A stretch of DNA of 64,000 bases from Aulosira sp. ZfuVER01 (GTDB lineage Bacteria > Cyanobacteriota > Cyanobacteriia > Cyanobacteriales > Nostocaceae), in NCBI GenBank assembly GCA_034530615.2, contig JAVRCV020000059.1, positions 64,001 through 128,000 on the forward strand, read 5' to 3'. The notes below the pieces were generated by a model. The model was not told where the DNA came from, searched no databases, and worked only from the letters and a program-made list of their open reading frames with translations. Every line of letters begins with the position of its first letter. Within the stretch, counting starts at the first letter, position 1. The translations under genes were made by a program, and so were the position numbers. Shown in pieces: positions 30,536-40,873 of the stretch.

Positions 30536-31363
30536 TTATGCTGCATCAGAAAAGTACATTACTTTACCACCATAAGCACTGTGTAAGTTTTCTTCGGTGA
30601 GTACTTGCTGCCGTGAACCTGTGGCTATTAATTCCCGGTTTAATAATATTAAATCATCAAAGTGGGCTATCGATTCCCCTAAGTCGTGGTTGACTACTAA
30701 GACAATTTTGCCTGCGGTTGCAAGTTCATGAAAGACTTCAAATACTACTGTCTGAGTCTTCTGATCGATACCTACTAATGGTTCATCAAAGCAGAAAATT
30801 TCTGCTTGCTGGGTTAAAGCACGGGCTAAAAATACTCGTTGCTGCTGTCCTCCAGAAAGTTCTCCAATGGGGCGATCGCGAAATTGGTTCATCCCCACTC
30901 TTTCTAAAGCATTATTTGCTACTTGGCGGCTAACTGCGGAAAAGCTACGCAACCATCCTGTTTTTTTGACCCTTCCCATCATTACTACATCCCAGACTGT
31001 AGCAGGGTAAGTCCAATCTATTTGGCTGCGCTGTGGTACATAAGCAACTTTCTCTAGTTGCTGCATTAACGGTTTACCTTGGTATAAGACATTACCACTA
31101 ATTGGAGTAACTAAGCCTAACATGGCTTTCATTAAAGTACTTTTACCAGCACCATTGGGGCCAAAAATACCTGTAAGTCTACCAGGTTCAATAAAACAGT
31201 TGACATCTCTCAAAGCTTCTTGTGTGCGGTAGTGTACCCCAAGATGGGTGATGCTAATTCCTTGTGTAGATTTCATTTCATGAGTTTTGATTGCTTGTGT
31301 AGATATTTCCCTAGTTTGCCTCGGTGCTAGGCTCATCTTTTTGTAAAAAGAGATACTCTTCAT
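30536..31363 (-). CDS. mntA: Mn ABC transporter ATP-binding protein
   Basis: GPNGAGKS, AYVPQ, LSGGQQQR; true start may be the downstream Met. Confidence 0.85.
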   Translation of the reverse strand: MKSISFYKKMSLAPRQTREISTQAIKTHEMKSTQGISITHLGVHYRTQEALRDVNCFIEPGRLTGIFGPNGAGKSTLMKAMLGLVTPISGNVLYQGKPLMQQLEKVAYVPQRSQIDWTYPATVWDVVMMGRVKKTGWLRSFSAVSRQVANNALERVGMNQFRDRPIGELSGGQQQRVFLARALTQQAEIFCFDEPLVGIDQKTQTVVFEVFHELATAGKIVLVVNHDLGESIAHFDDLILLNRELIATGSRQQVLTEENLHSAYGGKVMYFSDAA

Positions 31364-31403
31364 AATATTGTTTTAATATTTCATTCTTTGAGCTTACTAT
31401 AAA

Positions 31404-31422
31404 AATGAGAAAAATATGAAAA
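31404..31422 (+). promoter_or_regulatory. ManR-type binding site (direct repeat)
   Basis: AATGAGAA-aaa-TATGAAAA fits the (T/A)ATGA(G/A)A(A/G) direct repeat recalled for Anabaena ManR; lies between divergent mntA and mntC. Confidence 0.65.
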
Positions 31423-31453
31423 AATCTATAGTGAGAAGTAATATTACAGATAA

Positions 31454-32467
31454 ATGAAACTAATGCTTGGGATAGACATGAGTAGTTGGAGTAAAGCGAA
31501 GGTAAATAAAATCAACAAGAATATTGTTTCGCAGATATGCCTGGGAATGCTTCTACCTTTGGCTTTATTTGGTTGTAGCCAACCGACTGAAGGTAACAAT
31601 CCTCAGGGAAATGGTAAACCGAAGGTTGTTGCAACCAGCACAATCATTGCTGATTTAACACAAGAAATTGCGGGAGAGGAAATTCAGCTAACTGGAATTC
31701 TCAAACCAGGTACAGATCCCCATGTTTACGAACCAGTACCAGCAGACAGCCGGGTTTTAGAAGAAGCTAAATTGATTTTGTATAACGGCTACAACCTGGA
31801 ACCGGGATTGATTAAGTTAATGAATGCTGCTGGTGGAAGAGTAAAGCGGTTAGCAGTGGGAGAAGTTGTCAAACCTTTGGAGTTAGATAAAGGGAAAGGC
31901 GAAATAGTCCCAGATCCTCATGTTTGGGGTAGTGCAGAAAATGCGATCGCAATGGTAACTGTAATTCGTGATGGTTTAATTGAGCTATTACCAGAAGATA
32001 AAGCGAAATTTACGCAGAATGCAGCGCAACTCACCAATGAATTAAAGCAGTTGCATAGCTGGATTAATCAACAAATCCAAACTATCCCAGCAGATAAACG
32101 CAAACTTGTGACAACGCACGATGCCTTTCAATATTATGGACGTGCTTATCAAATAGCGATCGCGGGTACATTAATCGGTATCAGCACCGAAGAACAACCA
32201 AGCGCCCAAACAGTACAGCGATTGGTAGAGTCAATTAAAAAAATCGGTGTTAGTTCAATTTTTGCTGAAACCACAATCAATCCCGCTTTAATCAAGACTG
32301 TAGCCCAAGAAGCCGGAGTGAAACTAGCACCACATCAACTCTACTCTGACTCAATTGGCGCAAAAGGTAGTGAAGGCGATACTTATATTAAAATGATGGA
32401 GGCGAATACCCGCACCATTGTTGAAGCGCTAGGGGGCAAATATACGCCTTTTAAAGCAAATAAGTGA
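31454..32467 (+). CDS. mntC: Mn ABC transporter substrate-binding lipoprotein
   Basis: Lipobox LFGC; DPHVYEP, DPHVW, STEEQPS, LYSDS (His/His/Glu/Asp ligand set typical of Mn binders). Confidence 0.85.
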   Translation: MKLMLGIDMSSWSKAKVNKINKNIVSQICLGMLLPLALFGCSQPTEGNNPQGNGKPKVVATSTIIADLTQEIAGEEIQLTGILKPGTDPHVYEPVPADSRVLEEAKLILYNGYNLEPGLIKLMNAAGGRVKRLAVGEVVKPLELDKGKGEIVPDPHVWGSAENAIAMVTVIRDGLIELLPEDKAKFTQNAAQLTNELKQLHSWINQQIQTIPADKRKLVTTHDAFQYYGRAYQIAIAGTLIGISTEEQPSAQTVQRLVESIKKIGVSSIFAETTINPALIKTVAQEAGVKLAPHQLYSDSIGAKGSEGDTYIKMMEANTRTIVEALGGKYTPFKANK

Positions 32468-32746
32468 ATCTATCTTTGAGGATAGCAAAAGAGCGATCGC
32501 GGCAATTTAAACTTATCAAAATAGTTTTAGGCTTGAGTTTGGTTAAAACAGAATATTTGAGAAAAAATAAATATTAACTATTCCTCAAGCAAGAAGTTTT
32601 TGCAAAAACTGATAGCCAATATATAACCTCAGATATGCGCCTATTTGTTGAAAGTTATAAACTCCCTCTAGAGAAAGAATTATTCAGGCATTTTATTTTC
32701 TAAATTGAGGTTAGTAAATGCAAAGTTTAAAACCCCCACAATAGCT

Positions 32747-33076
32747 ATGACTAACGAACCTAAAGAGCAAATTCATCAACCAGTAAGCAAAGATTGGCAC
32801 TCTGACGACGAACCAAACGTAAAAGAAAGAAACTTAACTGCCAATCCCGGAGATAGAATTGCTGACGAACCCCAGTCAGTGGAAGAGAAGGCTAAACAAG
32901 TGGCTGTAGATTCACCGGATATTACAGGCGATCAGATTACAGTTCCTACCTACTTTGTTGTTGATGAACCAAATGGTGAAAAGAAAGCACTCCACCATGT
33001 GAAAGACGCTGAAGAGATTTCTGATGTAATTAGACAAGCACGAGTTGACGAAAACGGCAATCGGATTTGGTGGTAA
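32747..33076 (+). CDS. Hydrophilic hypothetical protein
   Basis: Clean ORF, VAVDSPDITGD...LHHVKDAEEISDVIRQAR. Confidence 0.7.
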   Translation: MTNEPKEQIHQPVSKDWHSDDEPNVKERNLTANPGDRIADEPQSVEEKAKQVAVDSPDITGDQITVPTYFVVDEPNGEKKALHHVKDAEEISDVIRQARVDENGNRIWW

Positions 33077-33135
33077 TTTAACTTCCTAGGGTGGGCATTG
33101 CCCACCTTTTAAAATATTAATTTTTTCCCATTTAT

Positions 33136-33606
33136 TTACGATGCATCTGCTATCTTGCGTTTGAAGTCGTAAGATACTTGCAATAATCCAGAGTCATAGG
33201 TTTTCACATCTTTCAACTCAAGTATTGTTTCTATATTGGGATCTTTCAAAATCAGGGGAATACCATCTTCTAAAATAATCGGGTGGATCGAGAGAATCAA
33301 TTCATCAATTAAGCTGTGAATCATAAAATCATGAATTATCTGTCCTCCCCCAACAAATTCTACATTGTTATCTGTTTTACCTTGTAGAGTATTGGAGAAA
33401 ACAAAACCTTTCTTACCTTTGTATGGGTATTCTCCAAATCCCAGCAATTGATGATATGTTTTGCTACCTATAAGTACTGTGTCAACTTATGCAAAAAACT
33501 CAGTGTAACCGTAGTCTTGGTCTGTAAATAACCAATCAACCTCTCCTGATTTTCTCGCAATATATCCGTCCAAGCTAGAGGCAATAAACAACTGTATTTT
33601 GCGCAT
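33136..33606 (-). pseudogene. Dihydrofolate reductase / RibD C-terminal family pseudogene
   Basis: MRKIQLFIASSLDGYIA... interrupted by in-frame TAA at codon 40 (33487-33489), continues in frame to GGGQII...LIDELILSIHP; segment before GGG appears deleted. Confidence 0.8.
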
Positions 33607-33649
33607 AATCTTCTCTGCATATCTGTGCTTCTATATCCGTTCAATTAAC

Positions 33650-33716
33650 TGTCATTGCGACCGTAGGGAAGCAATCCCAAAAACTCTATGATTGCGTCGT
33701 TTTACTCGCAATGACA
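33650..33716. repeat. REP-like palindromic element
   Basis: TGTCATTGCGA...GCAATC...GATTGC...TCGCAATGACA. Confidence 0.65.
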
Positions 33717-33790
33717 TCATCATGATTTATTGTTCGGCTAATCCTGCGTCAGTTATTAATAACGGGACTTAAACATTAGCCAAAGCCTTA

Positions 33791-35302
33791 CTAAAAAATT
33801 AAACGATTCCCTTTCTTACGGCGTTTAATTTCAGCCTGAATAGCATTAACCACAGTTTCAATCACCTTGACTCTGGCATAGTATTTATCATTGGCAGCAA
33901 CGATTGTCCAAGGAGCAGTTGGGGTAGTGGTACGTTGAATTGCTTGATTAACTGCTACTTCGTAGTAAGGCCACTTTTCCCGATTACGCCAGTCTTCATC
34001 GGTGAGTTTGTACTGTTTAAAGGGATCATTTTGGCGCTCAGTAAAGCGCTGGAGTTGTTCCTCTTGGCTAATGTGCAGCCAGAACTTCACTAAAACGTAG
34101 CCAGCAGTTGTTAACTGGGCTTCAAATTCATTAATTTCTTGGTAAGCTCTGCGCCACTCTGTTTCCACAGCCAATCCTTCGACTCGCTCAACTAACACTC
34201 GCCCATACCAAGAACGGTCAAAAATTCCAATGGTGCCAGTGGTGGGTAGCCGCCGCCAAAATCGCCAAAGATAATGATAAGCTTTTTCTTCATCTGTGGG
34301 CGCAGCAAAGGGATGAACGTAGTAACTACGGGGGTCAAGGATATCTGTAAGACGTTTAATTGCTCCGCCTTTACCAGCTGCATCCCAACCTTCAAACATT
34401 ACCAACACAGGAATTTGATGCTTGTGGATACTTAACTGTAACTGACGCAGTTGTATCTGTTCTCTCGCTAATTGCTCATCGTAGTCTACTTCTGAAAGAC
34501 TTTGACTCAAATCAATCTGTGCTAATAAGTCTGGCTCTGTGGGTTCTAAATGAGACTGTGCAGGTAGACTAGGGGCAGGAAGCTGGATTTGCAGTCGATC
34601 TAAAGCAACAGTTAAAGTGGCTGCTAGATGGGTTAGCACCTTTACCCGTGCCCAGCGTTGTGAGTCACCTTCTACTAAAGTCCAGGGAGAACTGCCAGTA
34701 CTGGTTTGTACCAGCATCTCTTCAGCCAAAGTTGTATAGCGGCTGTAGTGTTTTTCTTGTTGCCAGTCTTCTTTGCGCACCCGCCAAGCCGTTAGGGGAT
34801 CTTTGGCATATTCTTTCAAGCGACTTTTTAATTCTTTACGGCTGAGATGCAACCAAAATTTGGCGATCGCTACCCCATTATCAACCATCTGTCGCTCAAA
34901 GGAGTTGATTTGCGCCATTAATGTTGGAACTTGGGCGGGTGCTACTCGCTCAAATAGCCGATCTTCTAGGACATGGGTATACCAACTGTGATAAAAAATG
35001 CTAATTGCGCCTTGGGCTGGTAGTTTGTCCCAGAATCTCCACAGAAATGGGTATTGTCGTTCCTCTGGAGTCGCAGCCCAGATCGGATGGACTTTAAACC
35101 CACGCGGATCGATGTAGGAAACCATCTGCTTCACCAGCCCACCTTTGCCAGAAGCCGCCCACCCTTCTAAGACAACAATCACAGGTAGTTTTTTTTCCCA
35201 ACAGGCATTTTGCAGCGTCCGGAGTTGATGCATGAGCCTATCAATCTCAGATTTATAGGTTGCTTTTTCCAAAGTTAGGCTCAAATCTAATGTATCCAGC
35301 AT
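33791..35302 (-). CDS. pap: Polyphosphate:AMP phosphotransferase (two-domain PPK2)
   Basis: Two PPK2 domains (EGWAASGKGG; FEGWDAAGKGG, FDRSWYGR). Confidence 0.92.
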   Translation of the reverse strand: MLDTLDLSLTLEKATYKSEIDRLMHQLRTLQNACWEKKLPVIVVLEGWAASGKGGLVKQMVSYIDPRGFKVHPIWAATPEERQYPFLWRFWDKLPAQGAISIFYHSWYTHVLEDRLFERVAPAQVPTLMAQINSFERQMVDNGVAIAKFWLHLSRKELKSRLKEYAKDPLTAWRVRKEDWQQEKHYSRYTTLAEEMLVQTSTGSSPWTLVEGDSQRWARVKVLTHLAATLTVALDRLQIQLPAPSLPAQSHLEPTEPDLLAQIDLSQSLSEVDYDEQLAREQIQLRQLQLSIHKHQIPVLVMFEGWDAAGKGGAIKRLTDILDPRSYYVHPFAAPTDEEKAYHYLWRFWRRLPTTGTIGIFDRSWYGRVLVERVEGLAVETEWRRAYQEINEFEAQLTTAGYVLVKFWLHISQEEQLQRFTERQNDPFKQYKLTDEDWRNREKWPYYEVAVNQAIQRTTTPTAPWTIVAANDKYYARVKVIETVVNAIQAEIKRRKKGNRLIF

Positions 35303-35542
35303 AAAAAATTTCACATATAAGCATTGCTGAACTATAGATAATATGCGGAAAACCCTGGAAATGCTGATAAACAGATGATGAAATATAAACTTGTTAACAG
35401 TTATTAGGAATTTCGCTTCAGGCTCGTGACACTATAATTAGCAGCTGTCTTTCTGCTAAAAACCGGAAAAAAGTAGTAGTGGGATTCACTCAACTACAAA
35501 TGGCTATCAGAGCAAAGTATTCTCTATAAAAGTGGTAAGCAC

Positions 35543-36772
35543 ATGACTGAAACACCAATTAATGTGAGGTTTCCTCAAGGGCGCACAGCTTTTTTACTGA
35601 TCCACGGTATCGGACAACAAGATCCTTATGAAACTGTAGACTATTTTGCTCAGAACTTGCTCAAATATTTAGAAGAGCAGAAATTACCAATAGATCTAGA
35701 ACACTACATTGCTAGGCGGAAACTTTCAAATGGTAGTGGATGGACGGAAAGCTTTGTGAGATTAAGCCCAACGGACAATGAACAACAGGGGTTCATTGAT
35801 GTTCACGAATATTATTGGGCACCTGATACAGAAAAGAAAATCACTGTGCCCGAAATTTTGCAATGGGCAGAGCAAACACTTGAGGGCACAATCGAGTTTT
35901 ACAACCGCCCACAGAACAAAGATTTGTTAGAGCAGCTTTTGGAAAACCAAAATCGCACAGGCTTCTTTAAATTTCGCTGGCGATCGCTCACTATATTCCT
36001 GCGTATATTTAACTTTATCTACCCTGTATTGCGACTGGCAATGTTATTGGTTCTGTGGTTAGCAGGCCCATTTCTCAAAGGACATTATCTTCAATCAGCG
36101 TGGAAACTTAGTAAAAAGCTCATAACTCCACCTTTAATTGATTTTGTCGGAGATATTGCTATCTACACTAAAACCGATCTCAAATCGCCTTACCAAAAAA
36201 TTCGCCAACAGGTGATTTCAGATTGCTCAACATTAGTTCAAGAACTATTGCAAGATCAGCAAGCTGATTACGACCAAGTCATCATCGCTGGACACTCACT
36301 AGGTAGCTGTATTGCCTACGATACATTAAATCTTCTGTGTATTGAGTCTAGTCTTGCTCCAGACTTGGGTAAAAGTATGCGTATCGATAAGCTCAAAGGA
36401 CTAATTACCTTTGGTTCCCCATTAGATAAAATCGCCTTTTTCTTCCGAAATGTGGCACAGGAACAGCAGTACATTCGACGGCGGATTATCGAACATCTTA
36501 ACTCTTTTCGCGTGAAACCAGAATTGATTCGCAAAAGCCAATACTTATGCAAAAACCCGGTGGTTTGCCAACTTGAGCATATTTCTTGGATCAATTATTA
36601 CCACTTAAAAGATCCAATTAGCGGTAATTTAGATTACTACGCAAACCTCAAAAATGAGGAAATGAAAACTCAAACACGTTGGGGAACTGATGGACATCTC
36701 TGTTACTGGACTGATATGAAGTTCTATGAAAGCATTGCCAATCACTTCCTTTATATTTCCAATGACAAATAG
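35543..36772 (+). CDS. Hypothetical alpha/beta-hydrolase-like protein
   Basis: LLIHGIGQQ, IAGHSLGS, TFGSPLD, DPISG, late His; internal hydrophobic segment. Confidence 0.65.
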   Translation: MTETPINVRFPQGRTAFLLIHGIGQQDPYETVDYFAQNLLKYLEEQKLPIDLEHYIARRKLSNGSGWTESFVRLSPTDNEQQGFIDVHEYYWAPDTEKKITVPEILQWAEQTLEGTIEFYNRPQNKDLLEQLLENQNRTGFFKFRWRSLTIFLRIFNFIYPVLRLAMLLVLWLAGPFLKGHYLQSAWKLSKKLITPPLIDFVGDIAIYTKTDLKSPYQKIRQQVISDCSTLVQELLQDQQADYDQVIIAGHSLGSCIAYDTLNLLCIESSLAPDLGKSMRIDKLKGLITFGSPLDKIAFFFRNVAQEQQYIRRRIIEHLNSFRVKPELIRKSQYLCKNPVVCQLEHISWINYYHLKDPISGNLDYYANLKNEEMKTQTRWGTDGHLCYWTDMKFYESIANHFLYISNDK

Positions 36773-36889
36773 TTAAATTAAATTCTGCTGGAGCGAATCT
36801 GTTGTGGCACAGATTCGCTACATTGCTAAACTAACCATTGTCACTTTTAATTAGTTATTACTAGAAAGGTATTTTGGGAGGTAGCAATA

Positions 36890-37939
36890 ATGACTCAGTA
36901 TAAAAAGATTTTTGATTCAAAACAGACTACAGAAGAATCATTGAGTCCAGAAGAAGCAGTAGCAGCGATCGCAGTTATCACCGCGATCGCTGATTCTTCT
37001 ATAGAAGAGGTAGATGCAGAAGCTTTAGCCACGATTCTCTGGGATTTTGAGGTGTTTGAGGAATATTCAGAAGAAGAAATCACAGATATAGTTCAAAGAC
37101 TTTTAGAGATTGCCCAAGAAGATGGACTCGGTGCTTTGTTTAATACCGCTAGTGCAGCCCTTTCCGATGACATCGTGCTAGATGCTTACGCGGCGGGTGC
37201 GATCGTACTGATCGATGAAGAATTGGTTATTCCCAAACAAAAACAAACTTATCTCAAAGAGTTACAACAAGCCCTAGATTTAGAAGATGAAGAAGCAGAA
37301 GAAATTATCCAAGAAGTAATTGCTGCTTTTGAAGAAGGAGAAAATCTAGAATTCCTTGATGACGAAGTTGAAATTAGCTTAGTGGAAGACTATGGCGATG
37401 AGGTATATGAATCGCCTTTAGAAAATTTTACAGTTCCAATTCCTGTTAAAGCAGAGCAAGGGGGCAAAATTCAAAGCCAAGAAGGTGTAGTGGGGTTTTC
37501 TGATGACATTGGCACTTTACTGAGAATAGATTATTATCCGATTCCTCCAGAACATGAAGAAGAAATGGAATCTGTAGGACAAGAAGAATATCTGCAAACA
37601 ATTTTAGTAGACAGGTATGTACCTCAGGCAATTTTTGCCAATGTACCCAATGCTCAAATCAAGTATGCTGAATATTTGGAAGATACACTCGCTGGGGCTT
37701 ACTATGTGTTAGTTGATATGCCACAGGGGTCAACAATTTCCAAGCAAGAAAATAATGGGGCTGCTACCAGATTAGATGCGTACCGAGGGTTACTGACTTT
37801 TATTAAGGCTGACTTTTTATATATAGTTAGCAATCAACACAGCTTTTTTCACGGCGAAACTCCTGGTACGCTAGAAGAAGAAGCTAAAAGTATCAAAGAC
37901 AAGATTTTAGATTTTGTTGGCAGTATACAGTTCATTTAA
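36890..37939 (+). CDS. TerB-like domain protein, very acidic
   Basis: LSPEEAVAAIAVITAIAD...LQQALDL TerB-like N-terminus plus unknown C-terminal domain. Confidence 0.65.
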   Translation: MTQYKKIFDSKQTTEESLSPEEAVAAIAVITAIADSSIEEVDAEALATILWDFEVFEEYSEEEITDIVQRLLEIAQEDGLGALFNTASAALSDDIVLDAYAAGAIVLIDEELVIPKQKQTYLKELQQALDLEDEEAEEIIQEVIAAFEEGENLEFLDDEVEISLVEDYGDEVYESPLENFTVPIPVKAEQGGKIQSQEGVVGFSDDIGTLLRIDYYPIPPEHEEEMESVGQEEYLQTILVDRYVPQAIFANVPNAQIKYAEYLEDTLAGAYYVLVDMPQGSTISKQENNGAATRLDAYRGLLTFIKADFLYIVSNQHSFFHGETPGTLEEEAKSIKDKILDFVGSIQFI

Positions 37940-38029
37940 CCAAATCGCGGTAGTTAGCCATTTGTCGTTTGTACACAAATGGAGTTAGTGAGAGCTTGAG
38001 AGAATGAGAAATAGCCTAACACACCATCA

Positions 38030-38302
38030 AATGCGGTGCGTTAGGCTAAAGCCATAACGCACCATACTGGCTGAGACTTCCATTCCTACAAGGGTTGGCA
38101 ACGAAGCGGGGAGATCAAAGGTGGGTAACGATCGGGCAGTCCTTCACGCCAGGTTTTGGCATCACCAAGTCTAAAAACCAATTTCCCTTGCGCAATCGCT
38201 CAAGTCGAGCCAGCCGCTTGCGGGGGTTCCCCCCGTTGTGCGGACTGGCGTGGGAAACCCGCCCACACGACTGGCTCCCCCATGCCCCATGCCCCATGCC
38301 CC
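38030..38302. repeat. Composite of dispersed palindromic repeats and CCCCATG heptamers
   Basis: GGTGCGTTAGGC-taaa-GCCATAACGCACC (related copy ~57100), TCACGCCAG...GCTCAAGTCG (related copy ~52072), GGGGGTTCCCCC, (CCCCATG)3. Confidence 0.55.
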
Positions 38303-38712
38303 TATTTCAAGTTAGTTTAATTAGCAAATCGCTTTAGAAAAAATCTTTCGACATAATCCGTAATAGAGGAAGATGCTTTTGTAGTTGCCTATACCGTGAC
38401 GAAAGATATAGGACAAAAGTCAGATGTTTGTGGATAAATGTCAAGATTTATTCAATTTAAAAAATAAAAATAATTTTGTATCCTTACCGCTTACATCACC
38501 CGATTGGGTGACTCTGTAGGGTGAAGCAGCAGATAGCTTTAGGGCGATATTGTAAGACTGCGATCGCAAACTATATAAAAATTTTCAGTTTTGGGAATTT
38601 TTTTTACCGGACAATATAAATCAAACCAATGAGGGAGCCTTGCATTACAACTACTTAGTTAAGTTTATGTAAGTGCTGAGAGAGTAGTTAGTTTTTTAAC
38701 AGGAGAAGTCGG

Positions 38713-39522
38713 GTGCTTAACAACATTTATAAGTTCTGTTCGTCTCGTCAGGTGACAATTCCCGCTGTTGCTGTCATGATTACCCTTGGTGTGTTGGGTG
38801 AACATACTAAACCAGTACTGAGTAATCAAATCAAAACAGATTCTCAAAATAGTTCTGCAACTCATCTCTTATCACAGCTAAGAGAAGTTAGAGCGCAAAG
38901 AAATGTAACTTTCACGGCTTCCGAAACTCACAAAAATGTAGAGAATTTGCAGCACAGACAAGTTGCTAAATCGGCTACTATCCCTAACATTGAACTGTCA
39001 TCTACCGAACCTTTTCTGCAACCATCTTCTAAAAGTTCAGCGAAAGATTTAAAAACAACACCCGCAACTACAGCAATGATGAGCAGAACTAAAAAGTCTG
39101 CCGCAGAAGCAGCAAATGTGCCTGTAAGTAATCTGCCTCAAAAAGATGGAGTTTATTTATATGGTCAATCATCAACACCTAACCAGATAGGGCAAGGGTA
39201 CATCATTTTTGAAAAGAGCCAAGCTCAGGTAAAGGGTGCAATGTATATGCCCAATTCTGAATTTAGTTGTTTTCAGGGCACAGTTGACCGTTCAGGAGAG
39301 TTGGCAATGACGGTTAATGCTTCCCCAGATGAAACTAGCTCAAATGATGTCGCTACAACGAATAGCATACCTCAGGTGAATGATGATGAGTTAAGTACCT
39401 ATGCTTACTCAGTCGCACTGCAAGATTACCATCAGCTAAAGTCTATAAGTACTAATGACAAGCGCATTTTGCAGATGTGTAATCAACCTACTGCCAGCGA
39501 ATACCGCAAACTAGTTAAATAA
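38713..39522 (+). CDS. Secreted hypothetical protein
   Basis: AGGAG RBS + GTG; N-terminal hydrophobic stretch; DGVYLYGQS...GAMYMPNSEFSCFQG domain. Confidence 0.75.
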   Translation: MLNNIYKFCSSRQVTIPAVAVMITLGVLGEHTKPVLSNQIKTDSQNSSATHLLSQLREVRAQRNVTFTASETHKNVENLQHRQVAKSATIPNIELSSTEPFLQPSSKSSAKDLKTTPATTAMMSRTKKSAAEAANVPVSNLPQKDGVYLYGQSSTPNQIGQGYIIFEKSQAQVKGAMYMPNSEFSCFQGTVDRSGELAMTVNASPDETSSNDVATTNSIPQVNDDELSTYAYSVALQDYHQLKSISTNDKRILQMCNQPTASEYRKLVK

Positions 39523-39775
39523 TGAATGATAAATTACAAATTATAAATTAGAAATTATGAAAAACGTAATTTCTAATTTATGGTTTCAACGTTTGTGGTA
39601 CTGCTGTTTATAGCAATTCAAATAATGTTTACAACATATAAATTATTCATAAGGGCACAACAATGTTGTGCCCTTAACTATCTGTAGTGTTATTTTGTTA
39701 TGGGTATTAGTTGCAAAATTTTACTGCCGAAATACTTTCGCTAAAATCAGGCTACGTCTAGTCCCAACAAGACCT

Positions 39776-39985
39776 ATGACTTATACCCCGCCCAAAGTAC
39801 TTACCTTTGAGGAATTTATCGCCCAATATGGTGACAACACACGTTATGAACTAATTGACGGAGAACTAAGAGACATGGAACCTACAGGTCTTCACGAAGC
39901 TGTTGCAGGTAGCATAGCTGGTAGAATCTATGTCGAAATTTTTAGTTCTAATTTCAATTGGCTTGGTAATTTTAAATTGGTATAG
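39776..39985 (+). pseudogene. Truncated Uma2 (DUF820) family endonuclease
   Basis: LTFEEF...RYELIDGEL...PTGLHE N-terminus only, stops at 69 aa. Confidence 0.75.
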
Positions 39986-40046
39986 CATTACTAAAATTCA
40001 GATATGGTGGGCATTGCCCACCATACAATAATTAATAACGCATTTT

Positions 40047-40724
40047 TCAATACTCAATTCCTGGTTGAGCTTTCACACCTTGATCGCGGAAAGGATGCTT
40101 AACTAAAGTCATTTCTGTTACTAGATCGGCTCGCTCGATTAAGGCGGCGGGTGCGCCTCTACCTGTAAGAATAACGTGAGTCTCAGCAGGTTTTGTGGCT
40201 AAACCCGCTAAAACTTGGTCAACTTGTAAGTAAGCCATTTTCAGGGCAATATTAATTTCATCTAATAAGACTAATCTAAATTCTGGGTTACGGATATATT
40301 CTAATGATTTTTCCCAGGCGGCTTGAGCTTTATCTAAATCGCGATCGCGGTCTTGAGTTTCCCAAGTAAAGCCTTCACCCATAGCATGAAATTCTAACTG
40401 GTCTTGCCAATTACTGAACACCCTTTTTTCTGATGGTTCCCAAGCTCCTTTGATGAACTGGACGATCGCCACTTTATATCCGTGACCAAGCGATCGCAAT
40501 ACCATCCCCAACGCCGCAGTCGTTTTACCTTTACCGTTACCAGTATTAACAATAATTAATCCTTTTTCCGGTACAGCTTGCGCTATGCGCTTTTCTTGTA
40601 CTTCTTTGCGTCGCTGCATCTTTTGGCGATACTGTTCATTGCTTAAAGATGAGGACATTACCTCGTCAATTACACGTGCAATCTCTTGGTCTGAATCTAA
40701 TTGTTGTGGTGTGTCGTCTTTCAT
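40047..40724 (-). CDS. cobO: Cob(I)yrinic acid a,c-diamide adenosyltransferase
   Basis: TGNGKGKTTAALG, VQFIKG, LLDEIN, ILTGRGAP, HPF. Confidence 0.95.
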   Translation of the reverse strand: MKDDTPQQLDSDQEIARVIDEVMSSSLSNEQYRQKMQRRKEVQEKRIAQAVPEKGLIIVNTGNGKGKTTAALGMVLRSLGHGYKVAIVQFIKGAWEPSEKRVFSNWQDQLEFHAMGEGFTWETQDRDRDLDKAQAAWEKSLEYIRNPEFRLVLLDEINIALKMAYLQVDQVLAGLATKPAETHVILTGRGAPAALIERADLVTEMTLVKHPFRDQGVKAQPGIEY

Positions 40725-40873
40725 CAATCTTAATCTGAATAATACTTAGTAAAGGCAGAGGGCAGGATTAAATTTTATTTAATTCATCTTGATTTACGCA
40801 ATTTCAGGATGGTTACTGAGAATCAAGTAAAATTTTGTTCTCAATCCTATTTTACTTAGCTTGGATTTTCTAG

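Noticed and set aside
38069..38102. GTTGCCAACCCTTGTAGGAATGGAAG (minus strand) as an orphan CRISPR repeat or tRNA piece
   Set aside because: Single copy, lacks a typical repeat 3' end, no cloverleaf; sits among REP-like elements
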